Source: Thermodesulfobacteriota bacterium
GTDB taxonomy: Bacteria > Desulfobacterota > Binatia > UBA9968
Assembly: GCA_036794995.1 (NCBI GenBank)
Contig: DAIRFP010000001.1
Coordinates: 25,549 to 89,548, forward strand
Length of the DNA: 64,000 bases
Reading direction: 5' to 3'
Part shown: positions 45,044-52,890 of the stretch, one piece after another
How positions within the stretch are numbered: position 1 is the first letter of the stretch
Layout: each line of letters starts with the position of its first letter
Notes under the pieces: generated by a model
The model's database searches: none
Seen by the model: only the letters and a program-made list of their open reading frames with translations
Told to the model about the DNA's origin: nothing
Program-made: the position numbers and the translations under genes

Positions 45044-45170
45044 GCCCTTCAAATGCTTCTCTTTGGAACAAAAAAATGTTTAATTTCAAAGGGTTTAGGC
45101 TGGTGACGACTCGAAACTGCGGCGGGCAAAATTGACCCTGCTGAGCAATTCTGTTACACCGGAACTTGGA

Positions 45171-45578
45171 ATGAAGGTACGTGAAGTCTATTCGAGTTAT
45201 TTACTCATTGCCGGGGTTGTCTGCTTTTTGCTGGGCATCGGTAACTGGGCAATCGGTGCGGTGGAAACCTCGAAATACCAGAAGCTGCTGCATAGAACTG
45301 AACAAACCGGGCTGGAAGAATCCTACAGAAGCTTCCAGGAGCTTGATCACCAAAAAAACGAAGAGGTCCTTCGGCGAATTAACGAGGATCGCGAGAAATA
45401 CAACACTGCCCGGGTGAAGCTAAATTTCTTTTCTGTGGTGTTGGTAGGTGGAAGGTCGTTGTTTCTTTGCGGGGTTCTATTGATGTTATGCTCCCTGATT
45501 CGACTTATACGTCGTGATACGCAGAAGAAAATGACTACTCTGAGTGACCTAGCTAGGGGCGACAATAGGGGGCGTTGA
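45171..45578 (+). CDS. Hypothetical membrane protein (two TM helices flanking a charged coiled segment)
   Basis: 135 aa from the ATG at 45171. TM helices LLIAGVVCFLLGIGNWAIGAV and FFSVVLVGGRSLFLCGVLLMLCSLI. No family recognised. Confidence 0.4.
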   Translation: MKVREVYSSYLLIAGVVCFLLGIGNWAIGAVETSKYQKLLHRTEQTGLEESYRSFQELDHQKNEEVLRRINEDREKYNTARVKLNFFSVVLVGGRSLFLCGVLLMLCSLIRLIRRDTQKKMTTLSDLARGDNRGR

Positions 45579-45601
45579 CTAGTGCTCCGGAGCAGACACG
45601 C

Positions 45602-46624
45602 CTACTTGGAAGGTTTCGACTTCTGATACTTTCGGTAATCGTATCCTGTGGCCATAGCCAGTAGGATATCTTCCATACCCCCATTCTTTTCCCGCCTGAG
45701 GACCAAGAGCCTGTCGTAGAATTCCTTGAAGTCTTTATAGATCCGTTGACTATCGTCGGTCTTTCTCAGATAAAAGTCCTTAATTCGAGTGACGGTGAAT
45801 CGCAGAGCGGAAAAACGAAGCTCGTTGGGAAACGAATCCCATTCCGGAAGAGAGAGAGGGCGAAGGCTTTCATAGCCGGAGATCAGCGCTTCGAAACGGT
45901 CAATGCGGTATCGTTGGTCAACGAAACAGAGCGCATTAACCGCTGTCGCCAAGTCGTATATTAGCTTGCCGCGACAGGCCGCTTCAAAATCCATGACCCC
46001 GGCCAGGCGACTGCCCTTGAACTTGACATTATCGGGGAAAAAGTCTCCATGAATAATTCCCTTGGGGAGATTGTTGTCGAGGTAGTTCTCCAGGTATGAG
46101 AACTCATCGTCCAGAACTCGAACAATGTTTCTTAGGTGGGTTGGAAGTTGTCGACGTACTTCACGGTAAATGGCGACGATTCTGCTGAAGCCAAATCGGT
46201 TATCGATACCTTTTTTGTAACTTCTTCCGATTAGATGCAGGTTGGCTAAGGTGTGACCTAAAATTCCCAGATGGGTGGCAGTGAGAGACTCAATTGGGAG
46301 ATCAACGCCGTCCAGATAGCGGCTGACGGTCAGGCATTTACCCCGGAAGTCAATGTAGTATCTCCCCGTCTTGGTTTTGAGGGGTTGTAGGCAAGGGAAC
46401 CCTTGCTTCCTCACGTGAAACAGCAGATCCAACTCTTGCTTTACTTCAAGTTCACTTTTGACTTCATCGATCTTGGCAAAAAACCTCCCCCGTTTAGTTT
46501 CTAGTAGATAGTGGGTATTCACTGAGCCATTCTTGACGCCGGAAGAGGACACCAAGTCCCCCAAGGTGAACTCTTCGGCGATCCTCGTCGCATCCTTCCT
46601 TGTAACTTCAGTGTAAATAGCCAT
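45602..46624 (-). CDS. thrB: Homoserine kinase type II (ThrB_alt; APH/choline-kinase fold)
   Basis: 340 aa. The N-terminus (MAIYTEVTRKDATRIAEEFTLGDLVSSSGVKNGSVNTHYLLET) and the catalytic IHGDFFPDNV motif match the pattern of protein-kinase-fold homoserine kinases. Confidence 0.7.
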   Translation of the reverse strand: MAIYTEVTRKDATRIAEEFTLGDLVSSSGVKNGSVNTHYLLETKRGRFFAKIDEVKSELEVKQELDLLFHVRKQGFPCLQPLKTKTGRYYIDFRGKCLTVSRYLDGVDLPIESLTATHLGILGHTLANLHLIGRSYKKGIDNRFGFSRIVAIYREVRRQLPTHLRNIVRVLDDEFSYLENYLDNNLPKGIIHGDFFPDNVKFKGSRLAGVMDFEAACRGKLIYDLATAVNALCFVDQRYRIDRFEALISGYESLRPLSLPEWDSFPNELRFSALRFTVTRIKDFYLRKTDDSQRIYKDFKEFYDRLLVLRREKNGGMEDILLAMATGYDYRKYQKSKPSK

Positions 46625-46701
46625 CGGTTGTTTCCTGATCAACCCTTACAGGCATACGAAAACCCAAGTATTACGCACCCCTGCAAAGGCTAACTAAGCC
46701 A

Positions 46702-46730
46702 TTTATAATGAAAAAAACACGCGAAGTCAA
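46702..46730 (-). promoter_or_regulatory. Candidate sigma70-type promoter for the homoserine-kinase gene
   Basis: Minus strand TTGACT (46725-46730), 17 nt, TATAAA (46702-46707). About 75 nt upstream of the ATG. Confidence 0.5.
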
Positions 46731-46789
46731 TATAAAATCGGTTTCTCGCTTGTAAATCACGACGGTTTAAAAATTCACTATTGGATTCA

Positions 46790-46850
46790 GACCTTTAGCA
46801 AATGCCCAAAGAACAAGCACGGTTCTTCAAAAGGGATTTGCTAAAGGGTC
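46790..46850. repeat. Nested inverted repeat (long stem-loop) in an ORF-free region
   Basis: Outer arms GACCTTTAGCAAAT / ATTTGCTAAAGGGTC (one extra G). Inner arms AAGAAC / GTTCTT around a 7-nt loop. Confidence 0.6.
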
Positions 46851-47110
46851 TCTTAGATGAATACCCCCATAGACCCATAGAACTAACCCTAGGATAAGGC
46901 ACTTGAGAGACTAAAGCCGTTATGGGAGCATGATAGCGCTAATGCCCGCTTAGAAGACACGAAGGGGTTCTATATTCATTTTTTGGCATGACTGAACCGG
47001 GATAGTCTTCCTGCCTGACGCTCCTGTGAACATCACATTGCCGGTCGCCCGGATTGCAAGGGCGATTGGAAGAACTGCTGACTCTTCACGAGGTCGGCGG
47101 AAAATTTTTC

Positions 47111-47140
47111 TTGACAAGAAGACTTAGCTTTATCTAATGT
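47111..47140 (+). promoter_or_regulatory. Candidate sigma70-type promoter for cspA, giving a leader of about 180 nt
   Basis: TTGACA (47111-47116), 18 nt, TAATGT (47135-47140). Preceded by an A/T tract (AAAATTTTTC). Confidence 0.45.
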
Positions 47141-47325
47141 CCGTCCCTACGGTAGGTCCAGAAAGAGTTATTTTTTCATCAGTCTCAGGAGCGTGAGACC
47201 ATGGGTTAAGCCCTCAGTCGCGACCGGAATATGGAACCGAGAGTTGAAAATCGGGCGGCAAGGGGCACCGCCGCGTGCTTGCAGTGGGACACCATTTAAA
47301 GCAACTTGGATAGGGAGGGCTAGGC

Positions 47326-47526
47326 ATGGCAACAGGAAAAGTAAAATGGTTTAATAACTCAAAAGGATATGGTTTCATAGAAAAAGAAGGCGGTGGTGAT
47401 GTTTTTGTCCATTACACGGCGATCCAAGGCGACGGATTCAAAACCTTAAACGAAGGTCAGGCTGTAGAGTTTGAAATCGCTCAGGGAGAAAAGGGCCCGC
47501 AGGCCATAAATGTGGTAAAGCTTTAA
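47326..47526 (+). CDS. cspA: Cold-shock protein, CspA family
   Basis: 66 aa ([34 protein letters not shown]) with RNP1/RNP2 motifs. GGGAGGG SD. Confidence 0.95.
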   Translation: MATGKVKWFNNSKGYGFIEKEGGGDVFVHYTAIQGDGFKTLNEGQAVEFEIAQGEKGPQAINVVKL

Positions 47527-47595
47527 CTATTGCGCGCGGAAACTGAACACCTTGGACCGCAGCGCCGCCAAAAAAACCCATCGAAACAAAATCCT

Positions 47596-48105
47596 ATGCA
47601 AACGGGAAACGATCCCGGTAAATCACAAATCGTCCAAGGAAATCTCTTGGCAGATACCGTTGTCCTGACTCGCTTGGACAAGGCTGTTGGTTGGGCGCGC
47701 AAGTACTCATTGTTCCCTTACCCGTTCGCAACGGCCTGCTGTGCGATGGAATACATGTCGCTTTCAATGTCTCCCTATGACATCGATCGGTTTGGTGCGC
47801 TCTTGCCCCGGTTTAGTCCAAGGCAGGCCGATCTCTTAATGGTTATCGGAACCGTCAATCACAAACTCTCTCCGGTGCTCAAGCGCGTATACGAACAAAT
47901 GTCTGAGCCTAAGTGGGTGATGGCATTCGGTGCCTGTGCCGCGAGCGGCGGTTTTTACGATAACTATGCCACCGTTCAGGGAATTGATCGAATCATTCCA
48001 GTCGACGTATACGTTCCTGGTTGTCCCCCACGGCCCGAGGCGGTACTGGATGGTTTGATGGAGCTGCAGGGGCGAATCGCGACGCAAAAGCAACCCCTAA
48101 GCTAA
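47596..48105 (+). CDS. nuoB: NuoB-family protein (complex I 20-kDa / NiFe-hydrogenase small-subunit-like), orphan copy
   Basis: About 169 aa from the ATG at 47596. All four N2-cluster cysteines are present (ATACCAMEY, GACAASGG, PGCPPRPE). No other nuo/hyc/ech genes in the window. Confidence 0.8.
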   Translation: MQTGNDPGKSQIVQGNLLADTVVLTRLDKAVGWARKYSLFPYPFATACCAMEYMSLSMSPYDIDRFGALLPRFSPRQADLLMVIGTVNHKLSPVLKRVYEQMSEPKWVMAFGACAASGGFYDNYATVQGIDRIIPVDVYVPGCPPRPEAVLDGLMELQGRIATQKQPLS

Positions 48106-48136
48106 GATTGTTCGACGAGCGTCTGAGATTGCCGCT

Positions 48137-48412
48137 ATGGGTGATAATCAGCCTAACTCAATACCGCAGGCGGACTATTACCATCAAGGTGTGATCGTAA
48201 AGCTATTTCCGTCAAACAATATGGGCGTGGTCCGGACGGAAAGCGGGCGAGAGGTTCGTTTTTCCTATGATTTGGTCATCCTCTCCGGTGAGGTAAAGAC
48301 GCCGCTCGACCTTCGTGAAGGGGAGCGGGTTGGGTATGATCTCGGATGGACTTCAGGAGGCTTACGAATTACGAAAATAAAGACCTATCCGCGATCTTCT
48401 GAACGACGGTAA
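48137..48412 (+). CDS. Hypothetical small protein (possible OB/cold-shock-like fold)
   Basis: 91 aa. GVIVKLFPSNNMGVVRTESGREVRFSYDLV loosely resembles a CSD beta-strand pattern. Weak call. Confidence 0.35.
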   Translation: MGDNQPNSIPQADYYHQGVIVKLFPSNNMGVVRTESGREVRFSYDLVILSGEVKTPLDLREGERVGYDLGWTSGGLRITKIKTYPRSSERR

Positions 48413-48419
48413 ATCCACG

Positions 48420-49265
48420 CTAGAACGGCAGATAGGTTAGCGCCAGTATCTGCTTTCCCAAAATCTCTCCAACGAAGACACCTAAAACAGCAATGTAGAA
48501 AAGACCTGTTGCAGCCATCGTGTGTGGAATCAACAGCGTTCGCCAGATCATCCAGGAAAGAACCAAGGGTGCGGCTTGACCGACGATCACCCGTGTAACG
48601 AGGAGCGTGGAATGGTTCATCCACAAACGTTCTAGGCGGATAACGCTTTCCGATACGCCGAACAGATAGAGTACAACCGGTGACGTTAGCAGGAAAATCG
48701 TCTGCGCGATTAGCGTAATAAGGAAGAATTTGTAGATGCGGATGAATGGTTCCAAACTCTGGCCCGTGTCGATCAGGTACCAGTGTCCGATCAGCATGCC
48801 CACCGTGACTGTCCCAAGGAGCAGAGCAGACAAAAAGAAAGCCACAGGGTAGACCACGGTTTCGAAGGACCACAAGGGGGCCACGTAAAAGCTATGTGCG
48901 CTGAAAATGAGTCCCGTCAGGCCGCAGAGCAAACAGGAAGCAAAAGTCCGTGCTCTGAATCTTTGGTTTTCGCCCCGGAGAGAGATCATATATAGAGCAA
49001 AAAAGATCACAAACAAGCAGTGAAACAGGATCTCGACTAGAGTCACAAGACTAATTTCAGTGGAAATAATCTCCCAGTAAAAGCTGCTTTTTCCCCAGAG
49101 GCCCAATAGGGCGATCACAAACAGAACGCCGCCCGTGGACTTATAGAACGCTCTCTCCAGCTCATGAAAAGGAGTAGCCGAAACTCCAAAGAGACCGCCC
49201 AATGCGATCTGATAGAAAAAAAGTACGAAGCTGCTCGAAAAACTGCGCATAACGTTGCTATCCAT
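48420..49265 (-). CDS. Polytopic integral membrane protein (about 8 TM), family unrecognised
   Basis: 281 aa and strongly hydrophobic throughout. The start overlaps the ubiE/menG stop by 8 nt, suggesting translational coupling. Confidence 0.55.
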   Translation of the reverse strand: MDSNVMRSFSSSFVLFFYQIALGGLFGVSATPFHELERAFYKSTGGVLFVIALLGLWGKSSFYWEIISTEISLVTLVEILFHCLFVIFFALYMISLRGENQRFRARTFASCLLCGLTGLIFSAHSFYVAPLWSFETVVYPVAFFLSALLLGTVTVGMLIGHWYLIDTGQSLEPFIRIYKFFLITLIAQTIFLLTSPVVLYLFGVSESVIRLERLWMNHSTLLVTRVIVGQAAPLVLSWMIWRTLLIPHTMAATGLFYIAVLGVFVGEILGKQILALTYLPF

Positions 49266-50016
49266 GCGGTGCTATACCGGACTTCTCGGCCACGTGCATG
49301 CAAACTGCCCCGCTGAGAAACCTTTGCGCGCGCACTTGCTTGAAACCTGCCTGTTCGAGAAGTTCGGTGACTTTCTCCGGCGGGTAAAAATTTTCAACCG
49401 ATTCGGCCAGGTATCGGTACGCGCGGTGGTCCTTGGCCAAAAACCCACCGATCCAGGGAACGAAGCGGTAGAAGTAGAGGGCGTAAAAAGGCGAAAACCA
49501 AGTATGAGAGGGGGGGAATATATCTAAAGAGACGAATTTGCCGCCGACTTTCAAGACGCGGAACGCGTGGCCAAAAAATAACGAGAGATCTGAGACGTTC
49601 CGTAATACGAATGCAGTCATGACACCATCAAATACGGTGTCCTTGAAAGGAGAAGCTAGCGCGCTGCCTTGGATGAAGGACACTTTTTCGCCGTTCGTTG
49701 CAAGGGTCTGCTTTAACCGCGCCAATTCTAGCATCCGCAACGAAAAATCCAGTCCGACTATTCGCGCGTCGCCGTGGATCTTTTTGGCTGCGGTGAACGT
49801 AAGGTCACCGGTGCCGGCCCCCAAATCCAAGATGGACCGACCGCCGCCTCTTAGAACTTCATTTATGGCTTTTTTTCTCCACGCGGAGTCCAACCGAAAA
49901 CTGATAATGCGATTCAGAAAATCATAACGCCCCGCGATCCTGTCGAACATAGCTTGAATCGCATGGTCGCGGGGATTGTCGACGGATGGCATCACTCGGA
50001 CCCATTGAGCCGGCAC
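49258..50016 (-). CDS. ubiE: Demethylmenaquinone/ubiquinone C-methyltransferase (UbiE/MenG family)
   Basis: MFDRIAGRYDFLNRIISF N-terminal signature and the SAM motif LDLGAGTGD. Start is GTG 50016 or ATG 49992. Confidence 0.85.
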   Translation of the reverse strand: MPAQWVRVMPSVDNPRDHAIQAMFDRIAGRYDFLNRIISFRLDSAWRKKAINEVLRGGGRSILDLGAGTGDLTFTAAKKIHGDARIVGLDFSLRMLELARLKQTLATNGEKVSFIQGSALASPFKDTVFDGVMTAFVLRNVSDLSLFFGHAFRVLKVGGKFVSLDIFPPSHTWFSPFYALYFYRFVPWIGGFLAKDHRAYRYLAESVENFYPPEKVTELLEQAGFKQVRAQRFLSGAVCMHVAEKSGIAPHG

Positions 50017-50050
50017 ACTTGAAAACTGAAGATATGGGCTTGGTTAGGAC

Positions 50051-51067
50051 CTAAAAGTCTCGATCAATAATCAACTGAACAAGGGTTTTGAGCCCATTGC
50101 GGTAGCGCGAAGGAGGAAACTTCCGGATCGATTTGAGGGCTTCCTCGGCATAGCTGCGGGATATGGATTTTGCCTGTTGGATGGTGGGCCCCGATTTGAT
50201 CGCGTCAAGTGCGGCACTAACCAAGGATTCCCCTGGCTGTGCAGTCTGAAATGCCTCGCAAACGGCGCTTTGTTTCGCTTTGAGTGCCAGGATGATGGGC
50301 AACGAGGGATTGCCGTCGCGCAAATCCATGCCCGTCGGCTTTCCGAGAAGCTCGATATGGCCCACGACATCAAGAATGTCATCAACCATTTGAAAGGCGA
50401 CGCCCATGTTAAGGCCGTAGCGGTGGGTATCTTCCACCGAAGCGGCATTGGCGCCGGCGAGATAGGCTCCTATTTTGGCCCCAGTTTGAAATAGGGAGGC
50501 GGTTTTGCGCTTTACGATTTCGATGTAGTCGTCCAGCGTGACGGCACGATTGCGATTGAAATAGCCTTGGAGGGTTTCCCCTTCGGTTAATTGTGCGCAG
50601 GCGTCCGCGGTCCATTCGACGACGGTCTCGTCGAACTTTCCCGCGAACTCAAATGCCTTAATAAAAAGAAAGTCCCCTGCTACCAAGGTGTTTTTCAGTC
50701 CGAATTTTCTGTAGGCAGATTCCTTGCCGCGGCGGGTTTCCGCCCCGTCAATGATGTCGTCGTGCAGTAGTGTCGCGGTGTGAATCAGTTCTATCGCAGT
50801 GGCGATATCAACGATGTCTTGGGTTCTTTTTCCGCCGAAGGCGAGGAAGGCCAAGAGAGTGACCATGGGCCGAACCCGTTTGCCTCCACCGCAAATCAAG
50901 TGAGCCGAGATATCGGTGAGTGTCTGCTCGCGCGAACGGATGGCCCGAATTAAGTTCTCTTCGACAAGTTGTAGCTCGTCACTCACGAAACTGAAAGGGT
51001 CGCTTGGGCCTGCAAGGGAGGGGATTTTACGTCTAGTTTCAGGAGCCACAGCAACGGTTGATTTCAT
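50051..51067 (-). CDS. Long-chain polyprenyl diphosphate synthase (hepta/octaprenyl type)
   Basis: First and second Asp-rich motifs (LLHDDIIDGAETRRG and DDILD). ATG at 51067 preferred. Confidence 0.85.
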   Translation of the reverse strand: MKSTVAVAPETRRKIPSLAGPSDPFSFVSDELQLVEENLIRAIRSREQTLTDISAHLICGGGKRVRPMVTLLAFLAFGGKRTQDIVDIATAIELIHTATLLHDDIIDGAETRRGKESAYRKFGLKNTLVAGDFLFIKAFEFAGKFDETVVEWTADACAQLTEGETLQGYFNRNRAVTLDDYIEIVKRKTASLFQTGAKIGAYLAGANAASVEDTHRYGLNMGVAFQMVDDILDVVGHIELLGKPTGMDLRDGNPSLPIILALKAKQSAVCEAFQTAQPGESLVSAALDAIKSGPTIQQAKSISRSYAEEALKSIRKFPPSRYRNGLKTLVQLIIDRDF

Positions 51068-51333
51068 AGGCTTACTTCTTGTTTCCCGAATCAGAGAGAC
51101 TCCATGCAGCGAGACAAAAGATAGCACGCAAAATGTCATAGTTCTATAGTCAGGTCAAGGACAGAGTCGAAGCGCTACGGCGGTGGAAAAGATATGAGTC
51201 CGGATAAACTCGTGGAGATAATCGGTGGATGGAGGCAGGGGTAGACGGTTCGACTCTGATGGATCAGGTGCCGGATTCCCACGCCGCAACGAAAACCAGT
51301 TGGATCCCTCGATCTAATGAGCGTTTTTTGTCC

Positions 51334-51363
51334 TTGACAAAAATGAGTATCCCTTAATATATA
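51334..51363 (+). promoter_or_regulatory. Candidate sigma70-type promoter
   Basis: TTGACA (51334-51339), 18 nt, TATATA (51358-51363). GAAGGAGGGGAG SD before the ATG at 51432. Confidence 0.45.
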
Positions 51364-51431
51364 AAACAGTCCAACTCAGAAGTGGTTGTGCCGTCACTAT
51401 TTCAAATCAGGGGTAGAAGGAGGGGAGAGCT

Positions 51432-52133
51432 ATGGAAGTTACTTTATTTTTCTTACGCTGGATTCATTTTTTGGCGGGTATCACTTGGATCGGAATCCTA
51501 TATTACTTTAACTTTGTGCAGACGCCATTTTTTGCCGAGACGGAGGCGGCTGTGCGGACCGGCGCCATCCAAAAACTCGTTCCTCGAGCCCTTTGGTGGT
51601 TTCGCTGGGGTGCAATGTTTACTTTTCTCGCGGGTATATTGATGTATCTTATCGAGTTACATCGGACGGGCGGAGCCGTTTTTTTCACCCAGCAATATGG
51701 TGCTGCCATTACTCTTGGCGGCTTGATCGGCACGATGATGTTCTTGAACGTCTGGATGGTTATTTGGCCCAATCAACAGACCGTCATTGCCTCTGCCAAT
51801 CAAGTGGCGGGAGGAGGCCAAGCGTTGCCGGCTGCCGCAGGGGCGGCGCGCCGGGCGGCACTCACATCAAGAACCAACGTAGTGTTCTCTATACCGATGC
51901 TATTTTTCATGGGTGCGGCAAGGCACTACCCTTCGTTAGTCAATCCATCATCCGGCGGCCACGGGATTTTTTGGCTCCTTTGCTTAATCATACTCGCTGC
52001 ACTAGAGTACAATGCATTGGTGGGAACTCAGGGTGCGACCAAGAAACCTCTTGACTCGGTATCTGGAGCTCTCTGGGCCGGGTTCATTTTGACGGGAGTG
52101 TTTTACTTCCTGACGCTCGTTCTACTGGGATAA
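51432..52133 (+). CDS. Integral membrane protein (6 TM); N-terminus reminiscent of the PuuD-type urate-hydroxylase membrane domain (low confidence)
   Basis: 233 aa with six hydrophobic segments and the RWIHFLAGITWIGILYYFNFVQ motif. Strong SD. Confidence 0.5.
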   Translation: MEVTLFFLRWIHFLAGITWIGILYYFNFVQTPFFAETEAAVRTGAIQKLVPRALWWFRWGAMFTFLAGILMYLIELHRTGGAVFFTQQYGAAITLGGLIGTMMFLNVWMVIWPNQQTVIASANQVAGGGQALPAAAGAARRAALTSRTNVVFSIPMLFFMGAARHYPSLVNPSSGGHGIFWLLCLIILAALEYNALVGTQGATKKPLDSVSGALWAGFILTGVFYFLTLVLLG

Positions 52134-52484
52134 TTTAATGTTGTTGTTAAGGTAGGCGGCAAGGTAAGGAACCTCGTTCTTTAAGAAAGGAAACGTAGGC
52201 ATTACCGTCGTGTTTCGCTTGGGTTTATAGCCGGCGGGATATTCAGTACGGAGCACGCGAGATTCAAGCAATTCCTGGGGCGAACCCTTAATGGCGGGGC
52301 CGAGGGGGCCATCTTTTGACGGATCGTTGTTGTGACAGGCGACACAGTTGGCGATGTAGACGGCCCTGCCTCTTTCCCAATCAGGATTGTGACCTGAGAC
52401 CTCAGATTCCTTGGAGCACGCTCCACTAACGAGCGCCAATAGAAGAACCGCATGTACTTTCCTCGGTAGTCTCATCAGTTTCAT
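52122..52484 (-). CDS. Class I c-type cytochrome, lipoprotein
   Basis: 120 aa with a lipobox (LVSGAC), haem motif CVACH and a distal Met region. The 3' end overlaps the convergent membrane-protein gene by 12 nt. Confidence 0.8.
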   Translation of the reverse strand: MKLMRLPRKVHAVLLLALVSGACSKESEVSGHNPDWERGRAVYIANCVACHNNDPSKDGPLGPAIKGSPQELLESRVLRTEYPAGYKPKRNTTVMPTFPFLKNEVPYLAAYLNNNIKLSQ

Positions 52485-52719
52485 CTCGCAGAATTGCTAG
52501 GGCGCGCACCTTGTTATTTTGCTGCCTTTGCTCGGGTCCAACAAACAGGTTGATGAACGTTTTGTCAGGCCGTCAAATAAATAATGGATACGATCGTTCT
52601 TCTATTGTTCTGTCGCCAAATTGATAAACCAACTTGCAGCCAAATCCGTGCGTCGTAAAATCCTATGAAAAGGAAATGTCGACGTTAGAGAAAATCTGGC
52701 TAGTATGTTAAATATTGTT

Positions 52720-52806
52720 TGGTGCGAAAGAGGGGAGTCGAACCCCTACGGGTATTACCCCACAGGATCCTGAATCCTGCGCGTCTACCAATTCCGCCAC
52801 TTTCGC
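52720..52806 (-). tRNA. tRNA-Leu (anticodon CAG), CCA encoded
   Basis: Minus strand reads GCGAAAGTGGCGGAATTGGTAGACGCGCAGGATTCAGGATCCTGTGGGGTAATACCCGTAGGGGTTCGACTCCCCTCTTTCGCACCA. Long variable arm; anticodon loop UUCAGGA. Confidence 0.9.
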
Positions 52807-52890
52807 TCCGAGGTGGAAGCCCTAACCCTATGTAACTTGGGGGTGAGAGGTTGTCAAGATAACCAGCCGAACCCCGTGAAGAATCGTCGT

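Noticed and set aside
44920-45135. 71-aa plus-strand ORF upstream of the small membrane-protein gene
   Set aside because: It lies antisense to the S-box-like leader and its promoter. It has no SD or motif. The RNA element explains the conservation-type features better.
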